This document shows, in pieces, positions 1 through 10,357 of a stretch of DNA of 64,000 nt (position 1 is the first letter of the stretch; the number at the start of each line of letters is the position of its first letter). The stretch is from positions 391,282,001 through 391,346,000 of the forward strand of contig OZ024740.1 of the NCBI GenBank assembly GCA_964016885.1, given 5' to 3'. Origin of the DNA: Eledone cirrhosa. Taxonomy: Eukaryota. The translations under genes were made by a program, and so were the position numbers. The notes under the pieces were generated by a model, which saw only the letters and a program-made list of their open reading frames with translations, made no database searches and was not told the DNA's origin.

Positions 1-2
1 CG

Positions 3-401
3 TTCCAAAGACCCTCATGTATAGATAAGAAATGTATAACCTGTAAAATAAGCCCCCATATTAACTGTAAAACTAGAAATGTAGTGTATAGCATAAGATG
101 TACTGAAGGACAATGTAGAAACAAAAATATAGTGTACATAGGTGAGACAGCTCGTAGTATAGGGGAACGAATAAATGAACACTGGCGAGACCTCCAAGAT
201 AATAAAGAATCATCTATGCTCTACCAACATGCTAAGATAGAACACAGGGGTAGATTAGAGAGCATAGAAATAAAAATAGAATCCACGCACAGAAAAGACG
301 CAATGTTTAGGCAAATTACAGAGGCAGTAAGCATAAAAGAATTAAAACCAAAATTAAATAGAAAATATGAGTGGAACAGCAACATCACAACTTACAATTA
401 A
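3..401 (+). CDS. PLE C-terminus: Cys-rich linker + GIY-YIG endonuclease (runs off window start)
   Basis: Open frame FQRPSCIDKKCITCK..NCKTRNVVYSIRC..VYIGETARSIGERINEH..E..KPKLN; closely similar to the C-terminus of ORF 44995-46776. Confidence 0.88.
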   Translation, partial: FQRPSCIDKKCITCKISPHINCKTRNVVYSIRCTEGQCRNKNIVYIGETARSIGERINEHWRDLQDNKESSMLYQHAKIEHRGRLESIEIKIESTHRKDAMFRQITEAVSIKELKPKLNRKYEWNSNITTYN

Positions 402-678
402 GGACAAAATGAAAACACACACACACATAGAACAAACAACTTACAATTGAAAACACACACAAAATGAAAACACACACAGGACAAAATGAAAACACACACA
501 CACATAGAACAAACAACCAACCAACAATAAATAAATAAACAAATAGAAAAATGAACACAAACACACACAGACACCCGGATGTGGCACATGCGCAAACTGA
601 GCACACAACACACATACAGAAACAAAATGGCGTAGGATAGAAGAAAGAAAAGGCACAGAAACGAAGAAAGGAATCCCC

Positions 679-723
679 AGTCACTGAAGAAGTCACAGAG
701 TGTGTGACGAAAGGACTATGACT
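679..723 (+). ncRNA. Minimal type I hammerhead ribozyme in PLE pLTR
   Basis: agtca-CTGAAGA-a-gtcac..gtgac-GAAA-ggac-TA-tgact. Confidence 0.75.
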
Positions 724-883
724 ATATATATAAACAACTATCTGGTTGTGGAACCAACCAACCAACCAGAAATTTATAAGTTTGTAGATTTGTAAATTTA
801 TAAATTTATAAATATATAATAAATTGAAGTGAAAGCAACTGGTGCGTGTGTTTCTTATTGGCAACATGACCCTCCCAAAGTAT

Positions 884-952
<69 letters not shown>

Positions 953-956
953 TATA

Positions 957-1141
957 TAATAATAATAATAATATTATTTATATTGTGTAATTTATATTCC
1001 TGCTCTGTAAAGCATCTGATGTATTTACATTGAGCTATTTTTCTTACTGGTAATAAGGTAGTAATGAGTTACGGACCTTTCCTGTTTGTAGTTGTATATA
1101 GTGTATATATAACTATAAATAATATTATTATTATTATTATA

Positions 1142-1228
<87 letters not shown>

Positions 1229-1380
1229 ATAATAATATTATTTATAGTTATATATACACTATATACAACTACAAACAGGAAAGGTCAGTAACTCATTACT
1301 ACCTTATTACCAGTAAGAAAAATAGCTCAATGTAAATACATCAGATGCTTTACAGAGCAGGAATATAAATGACACAATAA
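957..1380. repeat. Inverted repeat (~160-bp arms, 980-1140 / 1225-1380) converging on a (TA)n tract; 3' ends of an HHR element
   Basis: ttcctgctctgtaaagcatctgatg.. is mirrored by ..catcagatgctttacagagcaggaa. Confidence 0.9.
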
Positions 1381-1406
1381 TCAAAACTATGTTCAAATCA
1401 TTTTAT

Positions 1407-1453
1407 TGCTGACAATCGTTTCTTCCAAACTTTCGTTTGGAATCATCGGAGCA
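1407..1453 (-). ncRNA. Hammerhead ribozyme with variant core CCGATGA
   Basis: rc: tgct-CCGATGA-ttccaaac gaaa gtttggaa-GAAA-cgattg-TC-agca. Confidence 0.75.
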
Positions 1454-1755
1454 CTAGCAAAGTTTGGACATATAATTAACTTCCTAGTCCACTGAACAAT
1501 CATATAGATACATGGATATTAATGTTGTCATCAACAGTTTCGTATTTACAGAGTGGAATGGATGTGACAGAGATTACAAGAGAATTGTATATTAAAGAGA
1601 CACAGAGTGGAATGCATGCGACAGAGTTTACAAGGGAATAGTATAATAATAAAGAGGCATTAAGGTAGAAAGTTACTCGTAAAACGAGGACACTAGCAGT
1701 ACATACAAGCGTGTAGAGTGCAAATGCGTTAGGCATATACAGGACAGCTAGGTAG

Positions 1756-1803
<48 letters not shown>

Positions 1804-1985
1804 TGTATATATATATATATATATATATATGTAAAAAGAAATAGGATTTCGCTTCAAGCATAGCTTTATACAATATGTATAAATATTTCGTATCTCCAAA
1901 GAAATACGGTTTTAGGAAGCCGTAGCTATGCAAACACCGGGGGGCTAACGCCCTCTGGCGATGTCCAACAGAAGCAAGGGAGACA

Positions 1986-2029
1986 ACCGTCTATGCATTT
2001 CAGGCTTAACTGGCCTTCATCAGGACGGT
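1986..2029 (-). ncRNA. Type I hammerhead ribozyme
   Basis: rc: accgtc-CTGATGA-aggc cagttaa gcct-GAAA-tgca-TA-gacggt. Confidence 0.9.
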
Positions 2030-2381
2030 CCCTCCCACCGCTTGCGACTGCTGGACTAGAAGACAGGCGAGAATATATACTTTTCTTGTCTGTGTAAATG
2101 AGGTGATTAATCTCATTTGCATATGAAGCTGCATAAGTTGGCTCAACTTATAATAAAAAGAAATAGGATTTCGCTTCAAGCATAGCTTTATACAATATGT
2201 ATAAATATTTTGTACCTCCAAAGAAATCCTATTTCTTTTTAATCCTATTTCTTTTTATTATAAGTTGAGCCAACTTATGCAGCTTCATATGCAAATGAGA
2301 TTAATCACCTCATTTACACAGACAAGAAAAATATATATTCTCGCCTGTCTCCTAGTCCAGCAGTCGCAAGCGGTGGGAGGG

Positions 2382-2425
2382 ACCGTCCTGACGAAGGCCA
2401 GTTAAGCCTGAAATGCATAGACGGT
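2382..2425 (+). ncRNA. Type I hammerhead ribozyme
   Basis: accgtc-CTGACGA-aggc cagttaa gcct-GAAA-tgca-TA-gacggt; palindromic stem III (atgcat). Confidence 0.9.
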
Positions 2426-3082
2426 TGTCTCCCTTGCTTCTGCTGGACATCACCAGAGGGCGTTAGCCTCCCCCCCCGGTGTTTGCATAGCTACGGCTTC
2501 CTAAAACCGTATTTCTTTGGAGATACGAAATATTTATATATATATATATATTTAAAAGGTAAACAGAAATAACACAATCGGTACAGTATATGGAAGGTAT
2601 ATATTAGGATATATATATGTACACACACAGACACACACACACATACACACACACATATACACACACACATATATATATATATATATATCAGTAATTGTAT
2701 AGTGTACGTTCGTCAATATGGGATTTCTTGGAATGTTCTTCTTTTGAGTATTTTATATCAGTTTTGCCACAAGTATTACTTGTGGCAAAATTGGATATTC
2801 ATAGCTGAAGTCCTCAAGGAAAGACTGACGTGATCCTATGTAACAACAATATTGCCATTTTTTGCTTGAGGTGGTAAGGATCATACACTGCCAGATATAA
2901 CAATCCATTTAATTTAAGTATAAGTTCATTTTATCCATTTAATTTAAGTATAAATTCATTTTATCCGCAAAATAATTCGCGCTCTCCATTAGTATATAGT
3001 ATATATTATTTCTTTTGGTTCTACGGGACCTGTTTACAAATTGACTTGTTTACACTTCGACTTATTCATGAAATTATGAAAT

Positions 3083-3150
<68 letters not shown>

Positions 3151-4134
3151 CACATATATTTATAAATATGTGTATGTGTGTGTGTGTGTGTGCACGTGTA
3201 CGTGCATGTGTGTGTGTATGTGTGGGGGCAACCTTTTGACAGACAAAACTCAGTCTTGTACTCTCAGTCGCTTCACGCCATGAAACCGGGATAAGCACCG
3301 GCCAAATGAACCTTCTGGCTTACGACAGACTTTAGACACACACACACATACACATATAAACTCACATACATACATTGGGGAAATGCATTTTTAGTGTACA
3401 TTTTTTAACGTCAATACTAAGGAGGGGAAGAAAAGGAGTAAGGTTGGTGTCCTTGACGTAGGATAGAAGAGCAACCTTAAAGGGGACATAAGCTGTTGTA
3501 AATAACTAGAGAATTGTTCGATTCGGTGGAATACACACACATATGCATACACACCCTACACACATATACATATATATGTGTGTATGCATATATATATATA
3601 TATATATATATGTTTATTTTAACATGTCTATTGAGCACTTTTATTCGATATGTGTATTTCCACATTTTCTCGAATAGTTTTCGCGGATGTAGAGGTTATC
3701 TCCCTTGCCGAATTCCATGTGCGTATTTAGCATGGGTTAAGCCAATTTATCCGTTCGGACGAAGCTCGTTGAAGAAGTAAATTTCCTGTCCGCTGAATTC
3801 TAGAAGTCTTATATATTTATATGTGACCTGATAGAGAACAGTTTAAGGATTTACAGAAACCCAAGAAGCTAGATTTAACATCTTCCTAGCGGGTCCGGGT
3901 ATGCATTTTACATTCATTTAATTTATTGATTTATTGATATTTTTTATCTGAGTGTCCCGAATCTTCCGTTATCGTAATTTTTCGATCGTGCGGTTGATTA
4001 TAGACTTGTTCTATGTGTGACGGTATTTTAACGATAGTTATAGCTCTGATTTATCTAAATCAGCGAGCACTCTGCCGCTCATATCGAATTTTGTTTATCG
4101 TGAACTCGTACGCCGATTTTTCGATACTCGATCA

Positions 4135-4249
<115 letters not shown>

Positions 4250-4260
4250 CTGTATGTGTA

Positions 4261-4656
4261 TGTGCGATGACTATTTTATTGTGTTCGTTAGGTAGGTTGA
4301 ACGATGTAGTCTCTTTAAGACAACCAGCCCAGGAGAAAGGGAAGAAACAGAACACACTCACTGTTTGGTTGGTTTTCGCATACAATGTAACGGGAGGAAA
4401 CAATAGCACCACTGACGATGTTGCAGATGTGCAACGAAAGAATTTTGATAAACTATATATATGTGTTTGTGTCTATATTGTATCTGTATTATTGTTGACC
4501 GTCGGTCAGTCAGTGGCAACATTGAGGACCGAATAAATTAGATTACCGATATAAAAGACACAGAAGCGAAAAGCGAAAACAAACCAAACAGTGAGTGTGT
4601 TATGTTATTAATTCTGGCAATATTACACACATATGACTCTCCCCAAGTATAACAAT
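4261..4656 (+). mobile_element. Solo PLE pLTR fragment with HHR-like motif (4408-4449)
   Basis: Similar to 47590-47852 (ccactgacgatgttgcagatgtgcaacgaaag..cccaagtataacaata) followed by (TA)n. Confidence 0.8.
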
Positions 4657-4758
4657 ATAAATATCTATATATATACATATATATATACATATATATATAC
4701 ATATATATACATATATATATATATATACATATATATATACATATATATATATATACAC

Positions 4759-4856
<98 letters not shown>

Positions 4857-4860
4857 ATAT

Positions 4861-5422
4861 AGTTTTAATATAGATGAGATACTACAGGACTAGAACTGTT
4901 TCATTCTTTAGAAATCATCAGGAATCTGGGTATCAAAAAATAAATATGGTATTTTTAGGTCTCTTCAGGTGGTAGGAGAGGGTAGGGAGTGGGATGGGTG
5001 TAGGTCATTGGTTGATAGAAAAGGGAATTCATTAAAAGCTAATTCTTCAAAGCTATAGTTTATATTTAGAGTAACAAATTTACTTAAAAATAAGGAGTGG
5101 CACCCCATTCTGAACTTGTTTATAGAATTCTTTCTGCCTTTGTTACTCTAAATATAAACTATAGCTTTGAAGAATTAGCTTTTAATGAATTCCCTTTTCT
5201 ATCAACCAATGACCTACACCCATCCCACTCCCTACCCTCTCCTACCACCTGAAGAGACCTATAAATACCATATTTATTTTTTGATACCCAGATTCCTGAT
5301 GATTTCTAAAGAATGAAACAGTTCTAGTCCTGTGGAATCTCATCTATATTAAAACTTTTATAATCTGCAATGTATTGAGTACCTTACTTACTGTGGTTAC
5401 CTCCGATTAAACCCGGAATAAC

Positions 5423-5423
<1 letters not shown>
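4861..5423. mobile_element. Fold-back HHR element (arms ~4861-5078 / 5139-5356, plus 3' tail)
   Basis: Near-perfect inverted arms; HHRs at 4877-4927(-) and 5290-5340(+): agattc-CTGATGA-tttc taaa gaat-GAAA-cag..ctg-TG/TA-gaatct. Confidence 0.85.
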
Positions 5424-5461
<38 letters not shown>

Positions 5462-6007
5462 CATATAGAATGATGCCTATCACGGAATATACATTATTTT
5501 ATTCAGTAATCTGAATTTTAATGGGTGAACATAAAGTATAATTAGAAATTGAAAAAGGCCGATGGATTGTTGTTAGAATCGTTAGGACGTCAGACAAATT
5601 GCTCTGCAGCATTTACTCATGGGTAATTAGGTTGTGAGTTCAACATTGTCTTTCATTTTTCTGGACTGGATAAAATAAAGTATCAGTCATGTACTCGTGT
5701 CGATATAATCAACTTTCCCCTTCACTAAAAATTGCTTGCCTTCTGCCTAAATAAGAAATCATTATTAGAAATTGAATTCAAATCCTGCCGATGTTAACTT
5801 TGTGGGGTCAATAAAATAAAGTACCAGTAATACACTGGGTTAATTGCTGGCCTTGTGCCAAAAGTAGAAACAATTATTAGAAATTGAAAAAAAAAGGTGA
5901 ATATGGAGCTTTAAAAGTTAATGTATTCATTTCTGACGACCTGTAAATCGGACGATTTGTGTGTGCGAGCAAGCGTACATGCGCACGTGTATGGAACAAG
6001 AACAAGT

Positions 6008-6192
6008 ATTGGCAGTATCGGTAGAGAGTCGGACGCCATGTTTGCAGTATAGAGTTACGGCCATTTATGGTCTAAGTTCAAATCCCGTCGAGGTTAACTT
6101 TGCCTTTCATCCTTACGTGGTCGATAAAATAAAGTACCAGTAATGCACTGGGATAATTGCTGGCCTTATGCCAAAAGTAGAAACAATTATAT
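6008..6192 (+). mobile_element. tRNA-derived SINE (dominant family in window); more diverged/partial copies at ~5560-5880
   Basis: A box tggcagtatcggt, B box gttcaaatccc, core gcctttcatccttacg.ggtcgataaaataaagtaccag, (ATT)n tail. Confidence 0.85.
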
Positions 6193-6509
6193 TTAGAAGA
6201 AATTGATTTTGTTTGAAATATAGTTTGTCAGAAAAGAAAAAAAATATACTTATGTAAAGGGAACTTACTTGAAATCGAAGATGGGAATGTAAGTAGAATG
6301 CTTGTTGCTCTTCGTTTCTCAAAAAAAGATATTTCTAGAAGCGTCAAAACCGCAGTCCGTAAATTAAATCATACCAATATCTAGAATATTCAGATAAGAG
6401 AAAAGGGCACTAATATAATAATAACAGACAAGTTTAACAGATCAAAGGTAAACAACATTTTAGCCATCATCTTAATATTATGAGATCTTCATTGCTTCTT
6501 TATATATAT

Positions 6510-6692
6510 AACGAAGTATTTGTGGTAAGGAACCAGATGGACCATAACGCACCAGAGTACTCAATACTTAGGGTAGTAGAGTGGGAAATAGGGAAAAGTA
6601 TGACCCCGACGGCAGAGCTCAAGCCGTTTCGACGGCTATTTCTGGACTAAAGCAGCGATTCTTTGCTTAAACTTTAATCTGTTATTTTAATA
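6510..6692. mobile_element. Chimeric fragment of two HHR element families
   Basis: 6510-6648 is rc of the 40630/41690 family; 6649-6692 matches the 6905/44391 family. Confidence 0.75.
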
Positions 6693-6710
6693 TATATATA
6701 TATATATATA

Positions 6711-6792
6711 CAGGGTGTCCACAAAAAATGTATACACACTTCAACACCATTCTAATAAATATTGCCTGTACAAGTAATTTTTGGAGGCCCTG
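6711..6792. mobile_element. Tc1/mariner-type MITE
   Basis: TA-cagggtgtcc..ccctg-TA; related copies at 16517-16616 and 18621-18696. Confidence 0.75.
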
Positions 6793-6819
6793 TACGTATA
6801 TATATATATATATATATAT

Positions 6820-7035
6820 TTATTAAAATAACAGATTAAAGTTTAAGCAAAGAATCGCTGCTTTCACCCTTAACGGGATCTTCTGAAGATCCCGTTAAGG
6901 GTAAAAGCAGCGATTCTTTGCTTAAACTTTAATCTGTTATTTTAGTAAATATTAGCTCTAGGGTTCTTATATATTTGATATATATTTATCCTTATCGAGC
7001 CCTCTTTGGATTTTAGTCTTCACATTTATTATTAT

Positions 7036-7038
<3 letters not shown>
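6820..7038. mobile_element. Fold-back HHR element (CAGAAGA-core family)
   Basis: Palindrome centred on gggatcttctgaagatccc plus 3' tail; relatives at 40805-41030 and 44068-44433. Confidence 0.8.
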
Positions 7039-7125
<87 letters not shown>

Positions 7126-7289
7126 TATATTTGATATATCTCATATGAAATGATACACCCAATTTTCCATACAATACAATTAGTTAGCACCCCGGACGTT
7201 TAATTAGGAATATACTCAAGTATTTCCTAATGTTTGTTGAGTGAGTTGGGATTTGACCGGAGTATCGCTATTAGCTTTCTCCGATTATG

Positions 7290-7378
<89 letters not shown>

Positions 7379-7381
<3 letters not shown>

Positions 7382-8620
7382 TACTTAGGTTAATAGGAGT
7401 TAGGTATTGTATACCCGTGTCCCATTAAGGTATTGGCAGCATAATAATTAGCTCTATGCTTTGGAGCAGAGCCGTATATATGATAAAGAACACAAGAGCG
7501 TCTACAACATCAAAAGATTTTTATTGGCTTACAATGTTTATTCCTTACGTAACCGTACGATTCTTCAGAGCTATAAAAGGGGTTTGATTGGTGTTATGGA
7601 CTCTACCTACCAAACATTCAAGAACAAAGAGTTTAGAGAGTAAAGAGCAAAAGCAGGAGACGATAAGTCTAATTTTGGTGCGGGAGGTTGGGGTGTGGGT
7701 GCTTGTTTACTAGCTGTGGTCACATTCATTCCCGGGAGTCGAGTGGTTAGTGGAGCCATAGATGGGGTGGCGTCGATAGTAGGGTGCAGAGGGTGTGCGG
7801 AGGCTACACACACACAAAGGGCATACAATATATATATAACGGAGGAGAAAGTACATGAGGTAATTAGAAATGGAATAAGAGTAATAATAATAATCTATAG
7901 TTAATAATGTATAATAAGGCATGGGGAAGATTACACTATAATAAGGTATAATAGTAAGAATAAGGTAAAATATAAAGGTGGATAAAAGTGAAAATAAGAA
8001 TAAAGATAAAAAAAAAATATATATAAAAAATATAAAAAATATATAGAGAATATATATATTCTCTATATATTTTTTATATATATATTTTTTTAATCTTTAT
8101 TCTTATTTTCACTCTTATCCTCCTTTATATTTTACCTTATTCTTACATTTATACCTTATTATAGTGTAATCTTCCCCATGCCTTATTATACATTATTAAT
8201 TATAGATTATTATTATTACTCTTTTTCCATTTCTAATTACCTCATGTACTTTCTCCTCCGTTATATATATATTGTATGCCCTTTGTGTGTGTGTAGCCTC
8301 CGCACACCCTCTGCACCCTACTATCGACGCCACCCCATCTATGGCTCCACTAACCACTCGACTCCCGGGAATGAATATGACCACAGCTAGTAAACAAGGA
8401 CCCACACACCACCCTCCCGCACCAAAATTAGACTTATCGTCCCCTGCTTTTGCTCTTTACTCTCTAAACTCTTTGTTCTTGAATGTTTGGTTGGTAGAGT
8501 CCATAACACCAATCAAACCCCTTTTATAACTCTGAAGAATCGTACGGTTACGTAAGGAAGAAACATTGTAAGCCAATAAAAATCTTTTGATGTTGTAGAC
8601 GCTCTTGTGTTCTTTATCAT
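7379..8620. repeat. ~1.1-kb palindrome (arms ~7481-8050 / 8050-8620) with degenerate HHRs
   Basis: Mirror-image ORFs in the track (7607-7922 vs 8178-8529); ctgaaga-at-cgta cggt tacg..gaaa-cattg-ta-agc at 8532-8573. Confidence 0.9.
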
Positions 8621-10208
8621 ATATATATATATATACATAGTATTAAGGATACTATTTATGGTTATGTATATAGTAAAACCTTTTATAGTTATATATATTT
8701 TAAACCCTAAATAGTGAAAGACAGTAATTTATTACTATCTCTAGCAACAAAGATCAGGAGAACACCTTACACCTCATCTCCACACCCATTAATCCACTTT
8801 AACGCAAATAGTGACATCTTCCTAGTACCTTTTACCCTAGAGATATCCCCACGTACTTCTACTTTTGGTATATTGGCCTTCAATTACTTAGACTACATTA
8901 CACCAATATATAATTAATGTAAACTTTAAGCACGGAATTGGTTGTGCTAACATTGTCCTGTGTATGGAGTGCCATCATTGGATAAATGGAAGATTAAGTA
9001 ATTAATTTATTAACATAAAAGAGCTATATAATCTATATGCTGAGTGCAATGAATTATGTACAGGTGATGTATGAGTTATAAATACATGTATGACTTGATG
9101 GTCAGATCAGTGTCTTTGTAAGTGAGAATTGATCTCTGGACTACCCTAGTGATATTTAGCTTTGCCATGCAATCAGACATGCAATGACCCAGAGCTTACC
9201 AGGAGTCATATATAGAAGTGATTCTAATAAGACCCTGCCAGGTTCTGCGGGTGGACTACACTTACAAAGATCATTGATTTGGAGATCTGACTCTTCATGT
9301 AGAATATTCGGTTGTGGCACTCTATGATAGAAGGTAATCCTCCTAATATGAACACCTTTAGTACTTCTTGATAGACTACACTGTAATTTATAGATAAGAT
9401 ACTTAAATTTAGAAATTGATTATAACCTTATATGATAGGGACTCTTTTGAGACACCATTAATGTACTTTAAGATAATAAATTTAGCTATAGAAATCAGCT
9501 AGTTACCTCCCCTTACGCATTAACTCCCCTTAATCACACACACACTTCCGGAATATAATACGATGTCATCTCTCACAACAAAAACAACCTGCTCTATAGA
9601 ATCGAATAGAGAACGACAAGCTGTGATTTTCTAACATGGTTCACCAGGCACCCAATGTTGAATCATCGTGGATTATGTGATGGACATGTAGTCTATAAAT
9701 TGCGTTTCCTGGATTGTGAGAGTGGTGTGTGCGAGGACAGTGGTGCTGTTTTGATTCTCATTTGTAATATTTTTGATATTTTGGTGTTTCTCTACACACG
9801 GGCTTCTATATCGTACAGGTGTGTGTGAAAAATGCTTTACCAGTACAGCCCCCGTGATGCTCTTGATTGCCTGCTTTGACTGCTTGTTTTACATGTAACA
9901 ATCTGCCGCACTATAATCTTGTATAAATAGGACACGCGTGCATGCCTCACGTGCGACTGTTGCATACACTGGCTACTCCAAACGTTCCTCTTGCTTTATC
10001 TTCGAAAACTGCCAATGTTTTATTTTAATTTTAATTTTAATTTTAACTTTAATTTTGTCCTTTAATATGACTGTAATCTTTGTATGTAAATTGCCATGCT
10101 ATATTATTATAATGGATGTCAACCCACTGTGGGTCAATATATACATATGTTTCTATATGTCTCTTGTGTTAAAAAGGAGGTCAAGTATGTAAAAAAATCA
10201 CTGAATAA

Positions 10209-10257
10209 TTGCTCCGAAGACTCCAAACCTCGGTTTGGAAGAAACAATTGTAAGCAA
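10209..10257 (+). ncRNA. Hammerhead ribozyme with variant core CCGAAGA
   Basis: ttgct-CCGAAGA-c-tccaaacc tc ggtttgga-a-GAAA-caattg-TA-agcaa. Confidence 0.78.
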
Positions 10258-10291
10258 ATAAATGATTTTAAACAGAACTTTGATTCATGTA

Positions 10292-10352
<61 letters not shown>

Positions 10353-10357
<5 letters not shown>

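Larger units (their letters stand above)
1..888 (+). mobile_element. Penelope-like retroelement, 3' part (GIY-YIG endonuclease + pseudo-LTR) ending in (TA)n
   Basis: GIY-YIG frame, HHR at 679-723, terminus atgaccctcccaaagtataacaata shared with the 44.5-47.9 kb PLE. Confidence 0.9.
1832..2540. mobile_element. Non-coding HHR retrozyme-like element: 322-nt unit with partial tandem repeat plus inverted copy
   Basis: 1832-1905 repeated at 2154-2227; ~1880-2170 inverted at ~2241-2540; one HHR per arm; flanked by (TA)n. Confidence 0.85.

Noticed and set aside
7607-8529. Paired small ORFs (MYALCVCV.., MPYYTLL..)
   Set aside because: Mirror products of the palindrome; no recognisable domain
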